Assembly (NCBI GenBank): GCA_965216755.1
Contig: CBDCGL010000011.1
Coordinates: 2,080,001-2,144,000 of the forward strand
Direction: 5' to 3'
Length of the DNA: 64,000 nt
Origin: Alphaproteobacteria bacterium
GTDB lineage: Bacteria; Pseudomonadota; Alphaproteobacteria; UBA7887
Of the stretch, positions 50,632 through 61,925 are shown in pieces. Each line of letters opens with the position of its first letter. Positions within the stretch are counted from its first letter, which is position 1. A program made the position numbers and the translations under genes. The notes under the pieces are model-generated. The model made no database searches, was not told the DNA's origin, and saw nothing but the letters and a program-made list of their open reading frames with translations.

Positions 50632-51216
50632 ATGACCGGTTTGTCGTCTCTCTGTGTCTACTGCGGTTCATCGGTCGGTCATCGCGACGTCTACGCGGCT
50701 TGCGCCCGAGAGTTGGGGGCGGCCATGGCACAGGCGAGGATCCGTTTGGTCTATGGCGGCGGTCGCGTCGGATTGATGGGAGTCATCGCCGATTCGGTAC
50801 TTGCACATGGCGGTCAAGTCACCGGCGTCATACCGACGTTCCTGCGCACCGAGGAACTGGCGCACCCCGATATTGACGAAACGATCGAAGTCGGCAGCAT
50901 GCACGCGCGCAAGCACCGCATGTTCGAACTGGCCGACGGCTTCGTGGTTCTGCCGGGTGGCACTGGCACGCTCGATGAAGCCATCGAGGTGCTCACCTGG
51001 AAGCAGCTGCACCTGCACGATAAGCCGATCATCCTGGTTAGCCCCAACGGCTACTGGGCGCCCCTTGTCGATCTACTCGGCCACATTATCGGCACGGGAT
51101 TCGCGCCGCATCGTGTATCGCATCTTTTCGAGCTTGTTGACCGCCCGCGCCAAGCCATCGACGTTGCGCGGCGGGCGGGCGCGGCGCGGGCGCCCGCGCG
51201 TGGTGACCGGCTCTAG
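50632..51216 (+). CDS. LOG family protein (TIGR00730)
   Basis: CVYCGSS, LVYGGG..GLMG, MHARK, PGGTGTLDE. Confidence 0.93.
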   Translation: MTGLSSLCVYCGSSVGHRDVYAACARELGAAMAQARIRLVYGGGRVGLMGVIADSVLAHGGQVTGVIPTFLRTEELAHPDIDETIEVGSMHARKHRMFELADGFVVLPGGTGTLDEAIEVLTWKQLHLHDKPIILVSPNGYWAPLVDLLGHIIGTGFAPHRVSHLFELVDRPRQAIDVARRAGAARAPARGDRL

Positions 51217-51380
51217 AGCAGTATCCATGCACAAACGCGCGACCAATGGTGTCGTGGCATTCCCACGACACCAGTGCTATCGTCGCGCCGCAATTCAGAC
51301 GCACCTTTCCGTGCCGCAAGCCTCTGGCCCACGGGGTTAGAGCACAGAACCCGCTCCACCGGGCTTGAGGAGACCGATCC

Positions 51381-52610
51381 ATGTCCAAGATCAAGGTCGC
51401 CAATCCAATTGTCGAACTCGATGGCGACGAAATGACACGCATTATCTGGCAGTTCATCAAAGACAAATTGATACTGCCTTATCTCGATATCGATTTGCGC
51501 TATTTCGACCTCGGCATCGAATCCCGTGACGCCACGGACGACCAAATCACCGTGGACGCGGCCAACGCCATCAAGACGCACGGAGTCGGCGTGAAATGTG
51601 CCACGATCACACCGGACGAGGCGCGGGTTGAAGAGTTCGATCTCAAACGCATGTACCGTTCGCCCAATGGCACGATCCGCAATATCTTGGGCGGTACGGT
51701 CTTTCGTCAGCCAATCATTTGCCGCAACGTGCCGCGTTTGGTACCGGGCTGGGAAAAGCCGATCGTGATTGGCCGTCACGCCTTTGGCGACCAATATCGG
51801 GCAACCGATTTGGTGGTTCCCGGGGCCGGTAAACTGACTCTGCGTTTTGATCCCGACGATGGCAGCGCGCCGATCGAACGCGAAGTATTCACCTTCACCG
51901 GCGGCGGTGTCGCGCTCTCAATGTACAACTTGGACGACTCGATCCGCGGTTTTGCGCGTGCCTGCCTGAACTATGGCCTCGATCTTGGCTGGCCGGTTTA
52001 TCTCTCGACCAAGAACACGATCCTGAAAGCCTACGACGGCCGATTTAAGGACCTGTTCCAAGAGGTCTTTGACCAGGAATTCAAGGACAAGTTTGATGCC
52101 AAGGGCCTGACCTATGAACATCGGCTGATCGACGACATGGTCGCGTGTGCGTTGAAGTGGGAAGGCGGATTTGTCTGGGCGTGCAAGAACTATGATGGAG
52201 ATGTGCAATCGGACACGGTCGCGCAGGGTTTCGGCTCACTCGGGTTGATGACTTCGGTCTTGCTTACACCGGATGGACGGACGGTTGAAGCCGAGGCCGC
52301 ACATGGCACGGTGACGCGTCATTTCCGTCAGCATCAAGAAGGTAGGGAGACCTCGACCAATCCGATTGCCTCTATTTTTGCTTGGACTCGCGGCCTCAAT
52401 TATCGGGGCAAGTTTGACAACACGCCGGATGTCAGCGCGTTTGCTGACCTTCTTGAATCCGTGTGCGTGGAAACAGTCGAGAACGGCTATATGACAAAGG
52501 ACTTGGCGGTCCTGATCGGCCCCAAGCAACAGTGGCTATCGACCAACGAATTCTTAGACAAGCTTGACCGAACGTTGCAGAAGCGCGCCGCTGAAAAAGG
52601 ACTGATGTGA
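51381..52610 (+). CDS. icd: NADP-dependent isocitrate dehydrogenase
   Basis: [50 protein letters not shown]. Confidence 0.98.
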   Translation: MSKIKVANPIVELDGDEMTRIIWQFIKDKLILPYLDIDLRYFDLGIESRDATDDQITVDAANAIKTHGVGVKCATITPDEARVEEFDLKRMYRSPNGTIRNILGGTVFRQPIICRNVPRLVPGWEKPIVIGRHAFGDQYRATDLVVPGAGKLTLRFDPDDGSAPIEREVFTFTGGGVALSMYNLDDSIRGFARACLNYGLDLGWPVYLSTKNTILKAYDGRFKDLFQEVFDQEFKDKFDAKGLTYEHRLIDDMVACALKWEGGFVWACKNYDGDVQSDTVAQGFGSLGLMTSVLLTPDGRTVEAEAAHGTVTRHFRQHQEGRETSTNPIASIFAWTRGLNYRGKFDNTPDVSAFADLLESVCVETVENGYMTKDLAVLIGPKQQWLSTNEFLDKLDRTLQKRAAEKGLM

Positions 52611-52618
52611 GCCGCGCG

Positions 52619-55264
52619 TTAGGGCGTGACAGCGGCCAAGGCGTCCGCGACCGCATCGATCGCGCCCTGCGCGGCGGCCCCGTCCGGTCCGCCGGCCTGG
52701 GCCATATCTGGACGACCGCCGCCGCCCTTGCCGCCCAATGACGCCGAGCCGACGCGAACCAGATCGACCGCGCTCAAACGATCGGTCAAATCGTCGGTGA
52801 CGCCAACGACGATGGCGGCCTTGCCGTCGGTCACCGTAACCAAGACAACCACGCCTGACTTGATCTGTTTCTTGAGGTCGTCGGCCATCCCACGCAGGTC
52901 TTTGGCCGGCACACCATCTAATTTGCGTGCCGCGAAAATGGTTCCGGCAACCGTCTTGTGGTCATGCGCCGCGGCGCCGCCCGTCGCCAGCGCGCGGTGG
53001 GCCTCGCTCAAATCCTTTTCCAACTTCTTACGCTCGCTGAGAAGCGCCTCGATCCGGTCGGCGAGTTGCGCGGATGACGTCTTGAGCACCGACGCCGCCG
53101 CGCGCAGGCGCTCGTCCTGCTCGCGAACATGAGCGAGCGCGCCGGTGCCGGTCAAGGCTTCGATCCGCCGAACGCCGGCAGCGACGGCACTCTCACCGAC
53201 AATCTTGAACAGGCCGATGTCGCCGGTGCGGGCCACATGTGTGCCCCCGCATAGTTCCACTGAGTAGGCGTCTTTGTCGCCACGGCCCATCGACACGACG
53301 CGCACTTCATCGCCATATTTCTCACCAAACAACGCCAGCGCCCCTTTTTCAACCGCCTCCCCAGGGCTCATCAGAAGCGTGGCGGTTGGCGCATTGTCCA
53401 AGACCTGCGCATTGACGTCTTGTTCGATGGCTGCCAGTTCTTCGACCGTCACCGGTTTCGGATGACTGATGTCGAAGCGCAATCGATCCGGGGCAACCAA
53501 CGAGCCTTTCTGCGTGACATGGTCGCCCAAATGGGTACGCAACGCCGCGTGCAACAAATGGGTCGCGGAATGGTTACGTCGGGTCGCAGCCCGGCGTTGG
53601 GCGTCGACCGAAAAATGCACCGTGTCGCCGACCGTCAATGTGCCGTCTGCCACGGTCACCATATGCGCATGCACGTCATCGGCGCGCTTGACCGTATCGG
53701 TGACAAAACCGCGCACGCCGGCGCCACCCGTGATCATGCCGGAATCGCCAACCTGACCACCCGCTTCGCCGTAGAAGGGAGTTTGGTTGGTGATCACCAC
53801 GATCTTCGTTCCCGCCGCCGCGCGGTCGACGCGTTTTCCGTCTTCAACCAGGGCGACAATCTGTGCCTCGGCATCGATGGTGTCATAGCCGAGAAACTCG
53901 GTCGCGCCGACCGCGTCGCGAATGTCGAACCAAATTTGCTCGGTCGCGGCCGCGCCGGATCCGGCCCAAGACCGGCGTGCCTCGGCACGTTGTTTTTCCA
54001 TGGCCGCTTCGAAGCCGGCTTTGTCGACGCTGCGCCCCTCTGCGCGCAAGGCGTCTTCCGTAAGATCAAGAGGAAAGCCGTAAGTATCGTAGAGCTTAAA
54101 CGCGACATCGCCTGGCAAAGCGGCATCCGACGGCAACGCCGCGGTCGCTTCAGACAGCAGTCGCAGACCACGCCCGAGAGTCTCCTGAAACCGTGCCTCT
54201 TCGAGCTTCAGGGTTTCCGTGATCAAGGCTTGCGCCCGCCCAAGTTCTGGAAACGCCTGGCCCATTTGGTCAACCAGGGCCGACACCAACCGCCACATCA
54301 ACGGTTCGCGGACCCCCATCATATGGGCGTGGCGCATCGCGCGACGCATGATTCGACGGAGAACATAGCCACGTCCTTCGTTCGATGGCATGACACCGTC
54401 GGCCAACAGAAAGCTCGACGCACGTAGATGATCGGCGATGACCCGATGTGACACCGCGTGGCCGCCGTCCGCGGCAGTGCCGGCGGCATCCGCCGACGCC
54501 GCGATCAGGTGCTGAAAAAGATCCGTCTCGTAGTTGTCGTGCACGCCCTGCAGCACCGCCGCGATCCGTTCCAGACCCATGCCGGTGTCGATCGATGGCC
54601 GCGGTAGTGGCATCCGCTCGCCTCCGGGGAGCTGCTCAAATTGCATAAAGACCAGATTCCAGATCTCCACAAAACGGTCGCCGTCCTCATCCTCGCTGCC
54701 CGGTGGCCCTCCCGGGATATGAGCGCCATGATCGTAGAAAACCTCCGAGCATGGACCGCATGGACCGGTGTCGCCCATGGCCCAAAAATTGTCCGATGTG
54801 GCAATGCGCAGAATCCGCTCTTCCGGCAAGCCCGAAACCTTGCGCCAAATGTCAAACGCCTCGTCGTCGGTGTGGTAAACCGTGACGATCAATCGATCCT
54901 TGGCAAGGCCGTAGTCGCGGGTAATGAGACTCCAAGCCAATTCGATGGCGCGGTCCTTGAAGTAATCACCAAATGAAAAATTCCCGAGCATCTCGAAAAA
55001 TGTGTGATGCCGCGCCGTATAGCCGACATTGTCCAGATCGTTATGCTTACCTCCGGCGCGCACGCATTTCTGCGACGTCGTGGCGCGTGGAATTTCGCGT
55101 TTCTCCACCCCCGTAAAGACGTTCTTGAACTGGACCATGCCGGCATTTGTGAACAGCAATGTCGGGTCATTGTGCGGAACAAGAGGGCTCGACGGCACAA
55201 TCTCGTGACCGTGGGCACCGAAATAGTCCAAGAACGCTTTGCGAATGTCGTTTGTCGTTTGCAT
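52619..55264 (-). CDS. alaS: Alanine--tRNA ligase
   Basis: [66 protein letters not shown]. Confidence 0.98.
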   Translation of the reverse strand: MQTTNDIRKAFLDYFGAHGHEIVPSSPLVPHNDPTLLFTNAGMVQFKNVFTGVEKREIPRATTSQKCVRAGGKHNDLDNVGYTARHHTFFEMLGNFSFGDYFKDRAIELAWSLITRDYGLAKDRLIVTVYHTDDEAFDIWRKVSGLPEERILRIATSDNFWAMGDTGPCGPCSEVFYDHGAHIPGGPPGSEDEDGDRFVEIWNLVFMQFEQLPGGERMPLPRPSIDTGMGLERIAAVLQGVHDNYETDLFQHLIAASADAAGTAADGGHAVSHRVIADHLRASSFLLADGVMPSNEGRGYVLRRIMRRAMRHAHMMGVREPLMWRLVSALVDQMGQAFPELGRAQALITETLKLEEARFQETLGRGLRLLSEATAALPSDAALPGDVAFKLYDTYGFPLDLTEDALRAEGRSVDKAGFEAAMEKQRAEARRSWAGSGAAATEQIWFDIRDAVGATEFLGYDTIDAEAQIVALVEDGKRVDRAAAGTKIVVITNQTPFYGEAGGQVGDSGMITGGAGVRGFVTDTVKRADDVHAHMVTVADGTLTVGDTVHFSVDAQRRAATRRNHSATHLLHAALRTHLGDHVTQKGSLVAPDRLRFDISHPKPVTVEELAAIEQDVNAQVLDNAPTATLLMSPGEAVEKGALALFGEKYGDEVRVVSMGRGDKDAYSVELCGGTHVARTGDIGLFKIVGESAVAAGVRRIEALTGTGALAHVREQDERLRAAASVLKTSSAQLADRIEALLSERKKLEKDLSEAHRALATGGAAAHDHKTVAGTIFAARKLDGVPAKDLRGMADDLKKQIKSGVVVLVTVTDGKAAIVVGVTDDLTDRLSAVDLVRVGSASLGGKGGGGRPDMAQAGGPDGAAAQGAIDAVADALAAVTP

Positions 55265-55465
55265 GGTCGTGATCATCTCTATGCGCTAATTGGCGGGCGT
55301 GAAATCGCTGTCGCGCCATCTTCAATTGGCGCCACGCCGCCGGGCATTCGCTTTTACCGCCGGTCCCAGACCGTGTCCAGAAACGCCAACGGCACGCCTG
55401 TGAAGGCGCGCCGTCGCGGATCATGATGCCCCGTCTACGCCAATGCGCCTCGAGGCGGCAGGTTA

Positions 55466-56545
55466 TCAGCCTTGGGCAGCCACCTCATCGCGCGCCGCAG
55501 CAGGATCGTCCAATAAATCGACGGCCAATCCCGCGTTGGCGCGCACGGCCCGCTCGATCTCATTGGCGATGTCAGGGTGATCCTTCAAGAAGTTCTTGGC
55601 ATTCTCGCGCCCTTGGCCAATTCGCTGGCTGTCGTAGGAATACCACGACCCCGATTTTTCGATAACACCCGCCTTGACGCCAAAGTCCAGCAGCTCGCCT
55701 GTGCGCGAAATCCCCGCACCATACATGATGTCAAACTCGACCACCTTAAATGGCGGCGCCATCTTGTTCTTCACCACTTTGACCCGAGTTTGATTGCCGA
55801 CCACCTCATCCCGATCTTTGATCTGACCTATGCGACGAATATCCAAGCGTACAGAGGAATAAAACTTCAGCGCATTGCCACCGGTAGTCGTTTCCGGGCT
55901 GCCATACATGACGCCAATCTTCATGCGTATCTGGTTGATGAAAACCAAAGTGCAACGCGATTTTGAAATCGAACCGGTCAACTTGCGCAGTGCTTGGCTC
56001 ATCAATCGTGCTTGCACACCAACATGGGTGTCGCCCATTTCGCCCTCAAGCTCGGCCCGCGGCACCAAGGCCGCAACGCTATCGACAACCAACAGGTCGA
56101 CCGCACCCGATCGCACCAGGGTATCAGCGATTTCAAGTGCCTGTTCGCCGGCATCGGGTTGCGAAATCAGCAACTCTTCGACATTGACGCCCAATTTGTG
56201 CGCATAGACCGGATCCAGCGCGTGCTCGGCGTCAACGAACGCGCAGACACCGCCGTCCTTCTGAGCTTCGGCCACGGCATGCAACGCCAATGTCGTCTTG
56301 CCAGAACTCTCCGGACCATAAATCTCGACTATCCGGCCACGGGGCAAACCACCGATGCCGAGCGCGATATCCAACCCCAGCGACCCGGTCGGAATCACCT
56401 CGGTTTCGACGGCGATGTCGCTTTGGCCGAGCTTCATGATCGAGCCCTTACCAAAAGCCCGTTCGATTTGGCTTAGCGCGGCATCCAGTGCCTTTTGCTT
56501 ATCCATGAATTCCTTTTCAACAATACGCAGCGCCGGGTGCGCCAT
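55466..56545 (-). CDS. recA: Recombinase RecA
   Basis: [35 protein letters not shown]. Confidence 0.99.
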   Translation of the reverse strand: MAHPALRIVEKEFMDKQKALDAALSQIERAFGKGSIMKLGQSDIAVETEVIPTGSLGLDIALGIGGLPRGRIVEIYGPESSGKTTLALHAVAEAQKDGGVCAFVDAEHALDPVYAHKLGVNVEELLISQPDAGEQALEIADTLVRSGAVDLLVVDSVAALVPRAELEGEMGDTHVGVQARLMSQALRKLTGSISKSRCTLVFINQIRMKIGVMYGSPETTTGGNALKFYSSVRLDIRRIGQIKDRDEVVGNQTRVKVVKNKMAPPFKVVEFDIMYGAGISRTGELLDFGVKAGVIEKSGSWYSYDSQRIGQGRENAKNFLKDHPDIANEIERAVRANAGLAVDLLDDPAAARDEVAAQG

Positions 56546-56598
56546 CGTGGCCTCCTCCTCTTATTTCACAGGCCGTGAACTGATTCAACAACGCCAAT

Positions 56599-56613
56599 GT
56601 ACCGGTTTTGTTC
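56599..56613 (-). promoter_or_regulatory. Alphaproteobacterial LexA box (GAAC-N7-GTAC on the recA strand)
   Basis: + strand GTAC-CGGTTTT-GTTC, about 55 bp upstream of recA. Confidence 0.8.
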
Positions 56614-56667
56614 TATTATGCAACGCGTGTCGTTAACGCATTATAATTACGAAACAAAAATCATTCT

Positions 56668-56682
56668 GTTCAAACTTTGTTC
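56668..56682. promoter_or_regulatory. Second LexA box (GTTC-N7-GTTC)
   Basis: GTTC-AAACTTT-GTTC, a perfect alpha-type consensus. Confidence 0.75.
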
Positions 56683-56773
56683 ATGACCCCTTTAGGTGAT
56701 TCGCGCAGAATCACCCCGGATCGTGCTCAGTGTCGTCGCGCGTCGCTCACGCAGTGCAATGGACACGCGCCTC

Positions 56774-57871
56774 TCAGTCGGCCGGCGGTGCCGCGGCACG
56801 CACTTTGCCCCGCAGGCGCCAGACATAGCCGATAACTTCAGCCACCGCCTTATAGTGCTCCACGGGAATAATTTGGTCGATCTCGACCGATTGGAACAGA
56901 GCACGGCAGAGCGGCGGATTCTCGACCAATGGCACCTGATTTTCAAGCGCGACATCGCGGATCCGTTGGGCGACCAGATCGGCGCCCTTGGCAACCAATA
57001 CCGGCGCGTCATCCTTGGTCTCGTCATAACGCAAGGCCACCGCGTAATGGGTCGGATTGGTGATCACCACTTGCGCCTCAGGCACCGCGGCCATCATGCG
57101 CCTACGCGCTTTCTCCATCCGAATCGAGCGCAATCGCGCCTTGACCATCGGGTCGCCTTCGAGCTGCTTGTGTTCTTCCTTGATCTCGCGCTTCGACATC
57201 CGCTGTTGTTTGGTGAATTCATAGCGTTGATAGATGAAGTCCAACCCCGCGATCACGGCCATCGCGGCAACCACGCTGCCCATCGTCTTGAGCGACAGGA
57301 TGAACAGCCGTTGCAAGACTTGGCCGGCTTCAAGGCCGACCAGCAATTCAAGGTCGCGCATTTCCGGCAACACCACCAGCAACACGACCACGGTGACCAC
57401 GGCGATTTTGACGATGCCCTTTGTGAACTCAGCCAGGGCCTTCACGGAGAACTGCCGTTTGAGCCCTTTGATCAACGACAATTTGCTCAAGTCTGGTTTG
57501 AGCGATTCGGCGGAGAAGACCGGGCCGTGCTGTAGAAACCCGCTGCCCGCGGCCGCCGCCATCAGAATCGCCGCCGCTACCAGCAATGCCGCACCGACGC
57601 TGCCCAGAACGTCCAGCATGAGTCGCCGTAGGTTGGGGAAATCGGTCGCGATCGCATGCGGGCGTTCGAGAAACGGCACGATCGCCGCTGTAATTTCGCT
57701 GCCGATCAAGCGGCCCAAGGCGAGGACCAAAACCGTGCCCGCCAACAATATGGCGAACGTGTTGACCTCTTTGGAATTTGCAACCTGGCCCTTTTCGCGT
57801 GCGTCTTGTAGCCGCTTCGCGGTCGGGTCTTCTGTTTTTTCAGATTTATCTTCCGTGTCAGACATCGCCAC
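56774..57871 (-). CDS. flhB: Flagellar export protein FlhB
   Basis: EKTEDPT.KRL..AREKGQV, EGDP, NPTHYAVAL, AKGAD. Confidence 0.97.
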   Translation of the reverse strand: MAMSDTEDKSEKTEDPTAKRLQDAREKGQVANSKEVNTFAILLAGTVLVLALGRLIGSEITAAIVPFLERPHAIATDFPNLRRLMLDVLGSVGAALLVAAAILMAAAAGSGFLQHGPVFSAESLKPDLSKLSLIKGLKRQFSVKALAEFTKGIVKIAVVTVVVLLVVLPEMRDLELLVGLEAGQVLQRLFILSLKTMGSVVAAMAVIAGLDFIYQRYEFTKQQRMSKREIKEEHKQLEGDPMVKARLRSIRMEKARRRMMAAVPEAQVVITNPTHYAVALRYDETKDDAPVLVAKGADLVAQRIRDVALENQVPLVENPPLCRALFQSVEIDQIIPVEHYKAVAEVIGYVWRLRGKVRAAAPPAD

Positions 57872-58636
57872 CTAGAGCGGTACAACGAATTGATTGAGAC
57901 CGTCGCCAAAGAAGGTCAAGAAACCGTACATAATGGCTGCCAGTGCAATCATCAAAATGCCAAAGCCGACGCCGATCTGGATCGGTAGAATGACAAAAAA
58001 CACCATCATCTGCGGCATCAGGCGATTGAGCAAACCAGCACCCAAGTAGAGTAGAAATCCGGCGACCACCACCGGCGCCGAGATCTGAAAGCCGATCCGG
58101 AAGGAATCCGACACGGTCCGCGTGATCGCTTCGGTCGTATCCGCGATCGGTGGCGGCACGCCTGCTGGCAGCAGCACATAGGTATCGACCAAGGCGCGCA
58201 ACATCAGATGATGCATGTCGGTGGCGAACACCAACATGATCGCCAGCAAGTTCATCAGATTGCCGGCCATAGAGCTTTGCGCGGTTTGGTTCGGATCGAA
58301 CATGGTCGCCGCGGCCAAGCTTGAATGAAACGCAAAAACCATGCCCGCGACATGCAAGGCCGTGAACATGATGCGTGCGGTAACCCCGAAGAACACGCCG
58401 ACCAACGTTTCGTAGAGCACCAGCAGCGCCGTTTCCATGATCGTCGGCGGCAGGCCCGGCAACTTGTCGGCCAGGAACGGCGTAACGATGACTGAAAAAG
58501 CCAATGCCAGATGAAGACGAACGCGGCCGGGTATGGTGCTTTCGCCCAAGGTCGGCAATAGCATCAGCGCCGCGCCGATCCGCAAAAAGACCAAAGCGAA
58601 CGGGAACAGTTCGGCGCCGAGCAGTTCGGCGAACAT
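57872..58636 (-). CDS. fliR: Flagellar export protein FliR
   Basis: RIGAALMLLP, DMHH, GLLNRLMPQ; between fliQ and flhB. Confidence 0.94.
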   Translation of the reverse strand: MFAELLGAELFPFALVFLRIGAALMLLPTLGESTIPGRVRLHLALAFSVIVTPFLADKLPGLPPTIMETALLVLYETLVGVFFGVTARIMFTALHVAGMVFAFHSSLAAATMFDPNQTAQSSMAGNLMNLLAIMLVFATDMHHLMLRALVDTYVLLPAGVPPPIADTTEAITRTVSDSFRIGFQISAPVVVAGFLLYLGAGLLNRLMPQMMVFFVILPIQIGVGFGILMIALAAIMYGFLTFFGDGLNQFVVPL

Positions 58637-58682
58637 GTGCGTTCACCGCGCCTAGAGCAGTGTCCGACGGTCGGACACTGCT

Positions 58683-58946
58683 TTAGAAACCGGAGACTCG
58701 ATCAAGCTGACGTTGCGAAAACTCCAACAGTGTCGTCAGCATGAACGGCAGGAACAAGACCAGAGACAGAAACACGGCAACAATCTTGGGCACGAATGAC
58801 AGGGTCACTTCCTGCATTTGCGTCAACGCTTGAAACAACGAAATCAACAGGCCCATGGCGAGCGCAACACCCATTACCGGTGAAATTACCTTAAGCAGGG
58901 TGAAGATGGCGTCGCGGCCCACATCGAGAACTTCAAGCTCCGACAT
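58683..58946 (-). CDS. fliQ: Flagellar export protein FliQ
   Basis: GLLISLFQALTQMQEVTLSFVPKI. Confidence 0.96.
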   Translation of the reverse strand: MSELEVLDVGRDAIFTLLKVISPVMGVALAMGLLISLFQALTQMQEVTLSFVPKIVAVFLSLVLFLPFMLTTLLEFSQRQLDRVSGF

Positions 58947-58954
58947 GGGTCGGC

Positions 58955-59290
58955 TTAGATCGGCATCCGCATGATGTCTTGATAGGCCGAGATCACGCGA
59001 TCACGCACGGCCATGACCGTTTGCAAAGTCACCTCGGCGTTGGAAACAGCGGCGACCACGTCATGCAGGCCGGTTTGCCCCATCACCGCTTGAGTCATGC
59101 TTTTCTCGGCAGCGACGCCGCTATCTCGGGCGCTCTCCAGCGCCTGACCGACCAATTCCGCGAACCCGCCGGCGCCAGCCTTTTGCGCCGTCTGCGCTGA
59201 CTCGACGCCGATCTTGCCCGCACCTTCGATCGCACGTGATGCGTTGGCGGCATACGCCGCAGCGGCGTTGGCAAATGTGGTTCCTGCCAT
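58955..59290 (-). CDS. fliE: Flagellar hook-basal body protein FliE
   Basis: DVVAAV..AE..LQT..AVRDRVISAYQDIMRMPI. Confidence 0.96.
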   Translation of the reverse strand: MAGTTFANAAAAYAANASRAIEGAGKIGVESAQTAQKAGAGGFAELVGQALESARDSGVAAEKSMTQAVMGQTGLHDVVAAVSNAEVTLQTVMAVRDRVISAYQDIMRMPI

Positions 59291-59322
59291 GGGGCGTGTT
59301 CCCTAGCGCGACATCCAGGCGA

Positions 59323-59733
59323 CTAGACGCGGAGGATTTCCAATGTCCGGCTGGCCAGCGCCTTGGCGATCTCAACGACCGACAAATTGGCCTCGTAGCT
59401 GCGCTGGGCTTCACGCATATCAGCCATTTCGATGAGGCCGTTGACGTTCGGCATTTTCACATAGCCGTCGTCATTTGCCGCCGGGTGGTGCGGCTGGAAC
59501 TTGGTGCCGAATGGCGCGCCGTCGACGCCGACCTTGGTGACCTTGACTAAATCGATGCCGAGCGAACGATCGAGTTCGCTGGCGAAACTGATGGTCTTGC
59601 GCCGATAAGGATCGCCACCGGGCGTAGCGGCCGTGGAGTTTGAGTTGGCGATGTTTTGGGACACGACGCGGATACGCTCGCTCTGCGCCTTCATGCCAGA
59701 GGCGGCGACAAAGAATGACTTCACGAAATCCAT
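59323..59733 (-). CDS. flgC: Flagellar basal-body rod protein FlgC
   Basis: ASGMKAQ..R..VSQNIAN, PYRRK, HPAA..GYVKMPNV, RSYEAN. Confidence 0.97.
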   Translation of the reverse strand: MDFVKSFFVAASGMKAQSERIRVVSQNIANSNSTAATPGGDPYRRKTISFASELDRSLGIDLVKVTKVGVDGAPFGTKFQPHHPAANDDGYVKMPNVNGLIEMADMREAQRSYEANLSVVEIAKALASRTLEILRV

Positions 59734-59764
59734 TTCAATCTCTCCAAATCAGCGCCAAGTGCGG

Positions 59765-60175
59765 TTAATTGCCACGCCCAAGAGCAGACTTCAGCATGCC
59801 CAGGCTCTTGCTGTAGATCGTGCTGGCAAGCTGGTAGTCCATGGCATTCTTGGCAACGAGCACCGCTTGTTCCTCAAGCGAAACAGCGTTACCCGTCGGC
59901 GTCACATCGTAGGGCTGTTCCAAGTCTTCTGGGCGGTGAGGGCTCGGCGCCGGTCGGAAACCAGCCAAATGAGACTCGCTCGTCTGCGTCACGGCAACGG
60001 GTTCCGTTTTCACTTGTGGCAGCAATCTTTTGAAGTCCAACGGCTCCAGCTTTTTCGCCGTGTAGTCCGGAGTGTCAGCGTTGGCGATGTTTTCCGCCAA
60101 TACCTGATGGTTGTGCGACAACCAACCCATACTGCGATTAAGCACAGAAAACAGCGGAATTGAGCGTAGATCCAT
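59765..60175 (-). CDS. flgB: Flagellar basal-body rod protein FlgB
   Basis: QVLAENIANADTPDY, GNAVSLEEQ. Confidence 0.95.
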   Translation of the reverse strand: MDLRSIPLFSVLNRSMGWLSHNHQVLAENIANADTPDYTAKKLEPLDFKRLLPQVKTEPVAVTQTSESHLAGFRPAPSPHRPEDLEQPYDVTPTGNAVSLEEQAVLVAKNAMDYQLASTIYSKSLGMLKSALGRGN

Positions 60176-60220
60176 ACCAACAAATCCAATGACGGTGATC
60201 ACCATCTTGGCCATGGCCGC

Positions 60221-60235
60221 TTAAGAATCCGTAAA
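60221..60235 (-). promoter_or_regulatory. CtrA-like site upstream of flgB
   Basis: Minus strand TTTA-CGGATTC-TTAA (7/8 match to TTAA-N7-TTAA). Confidence 0.45.
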
Positions 60236-60457
60236 TCGCGGACAATCGCATTGTCTGGCCTTGCTCCGCGGGCGTCTGGAATATTCTATATAAATATCAG
60301 TTGGTTAAGATCATATACCGGAGCGACGGTCAAATGCGCTTTGGCACCTGATTACCACAATCCGGCGCGCACGATCGCTTGGTCGAGGCAGGTCGGGTCT
60401 TGCCGAGCCTGACGATCGCCACCAATTCGCGGCAAAATTCCCGCAAATCTGAGGCTC

Positions 60458-60473
60458 TTAAGGGATTATCAAC
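60458..60473 (+). promoter_or_regulatory. CtrA-like site upstream of the fliO-fliP operon
   Basis: TTAA-GGGATTA-TCAAC (7/8 match to TTAA-N7-TTAA, followed by C). Confidence 0.5.
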
Positions 60474-60533
60474 GCAGTCTGCGAACACTGGGGTCTTCGC
60501 GGCCGTTGCCGGCCATCATTGCAGCAAGGGCTG

Positions 60534-60848
60534 ATGGACCCAACCGATCCCAAAGTCGCGCAGCGCGCGGTCGACAAACCGGCTCAGAACACGCCGGTCA
60601 CGGTCGCCCTAAATCATGATCGGGGCCAAGACAACGCTGCCGTGGTCACGGCCGCGGCACGCGGCGCGCTGGCCGCCGAATTGTTGGCCATTGCCTTTGC
60701 GCACGGCATCCCGGTCCGCGAGGATGCGGACCTGGCCGAAGTTTTGGCGGCGATGGAGGTGGAAAGCGAGATCCCGCTCGCGGCCGCCGCCGCGGTCGCC
60801 GAAATTCTTTCTTATGTCTACCGTCTAAACCGCGAGACGGACGACTGA
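60534..60848 (+). CDS. Stand-alone FlhB C-terminal-like (EscU/YscU/HrcU) export switch protein
   Basis: VAL..V.A.ARG..A..LLAIAFAHGIPVREDADL..EIP..AVAEILSYVY. Confidence 0.88.
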   Translation: MDPTDPKVAQRAVDKPAQNTPVTVALNHDRGQDNAAVVTAAARGALAAELLAIAFAHGIPVREDADLAEVLAAMEVESEIPLAAAAAVAEILSYVYRLNRETDD

Positions 60849-61150
60849 TGGACCTACAATCCTATCTGTGGGCCATCATCGCCCTTCTCTTGGTGCTTGC
60901 ACTGATCGGCGCCGTTGCTTGGATTGTGCGCCGACTGGGGGTCGTTCCGGTCGCAGCGATGACCAAGCGCGGTGGGCGGCGCCTGGCGATCACGGAAATC
61001 GCCGCCATCGACGCCAAGCGCCGCTTGGTATTGGTACGACGTGACCAAACCGAGCATTTGCTTTTGCTCGGCGCGACCAACGACGCGGTCGTCGAAACCG
61101 GCATCACGCCGCCGCCGACCGACGGCGCGGCCCCGGGGAACCGATCGTGA
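60848..61150 (+). CDS. fliO: Flagellar protein FliO
   Basis: TM followed by RRL...IDAKRRLVLVRRD..EHLLLLG; upstream of fliP. Confidence 0.9.
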   Translation: MDLQSYLWAIIALLLVLALIGAVAWIVRRLGVVPVAAMTKRGGRRLAITEIAAIDAKRRLVLVRRDQTEHLLLLGATNDAVVETGITPPPTDGAAPGNRS

Positions 61151-61902
61151 CCAGGGGCACAGGCATGGCACTATCGGCAGCCGTTGTGGCACTCGCGGTC
61201 ATCTTGACCATGTCGGCGGCACCGGCCCTGGGCCAGACCTTCTCGGTCGATCTCGGCGATGGCGAGGGTCTGTTCACCGGGCGCATCATCCAGCTAATCG
61301 GGCTGATCACGGTCTTGTCGTTAGCGCCCTCGATCTTGGTCGTTGTCACGTCGTTCACGCGCATCGTGGTCGTTTTGTCGCTGTTGCGCAGCGCGCTCGG
61401 CATTCAGCAAACGCCGCCAAACACCGTATTGGTCAGCCTGGCCTTGTTTTTGACGGCGTTCATCATGGCGCCAACCCTGGAAACCGCTTACGACGACGGC
61501 ATTGTGCCGTTGATCGAGGATTCCATTACCGAGGAAGAGGCGTTCGACCGCACAGCGGCACCGTTTCGCACCTTTATGCTGGGACAAGTGCGGCCCAAGG
61601 ATCTGGCCTTGTTCATGGATATCGATGGGTCCGTCGTCGAGGCCCGCGAGGACACGCCCATGAAGGTTTTGGTGCCGGCGTTCATGATCAGTGAATTGCG
61701 CCGCGCCTTCGAAATCGCGTTTCTGATCTTCATCCCATTCCTGATTATCGATATGACGGTTGCGTCGGTGCTGATGTCGATGGGCATGATGATGCTGCCA
61801 CCGGTGATTGTCTCATTGCCGTTCAAACTTATTTTCTTCGTGCTATTGGACGGCTGGTATCTGGTCGCCGGCAGCCTGGTGCAAAGTTATAGTGGTGGTT
61901 AG
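61147..61902 (+). CDS. fliP: Flagellar export protein FliP
   Basis: TSFTRIVVVLSLLR.ALG.QQTPPN, PAFMISEL, MGMMMLPP, SLPFKL..DGW. Confidence 0.98.
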   Translation: MTRGTGMALSAAVVALAVILTMSAAPALGQTFSVDLGDGEGLFTGRIIQLIGLITVLSLAPSILVVVTSFTRIVVVLSLLRSALGIQQTPPNTVLVSLALFLTAFIMAPTLETAYDDGIVPLIEDSITEEEAFDRTAAPFRTFMLGQVRPKDLALFMDIDGSVVEAREDTPMKVLVPAFMISELRRAFEIAFLIFIPFLIIDMTVASVLMSMGMMMLPPVIVSLPFKLIFFVLLDGWYLVAGSLVQSYSGG

Positions 61903-61925
61903 ACCGCGTATAACAAAATAGTGCA

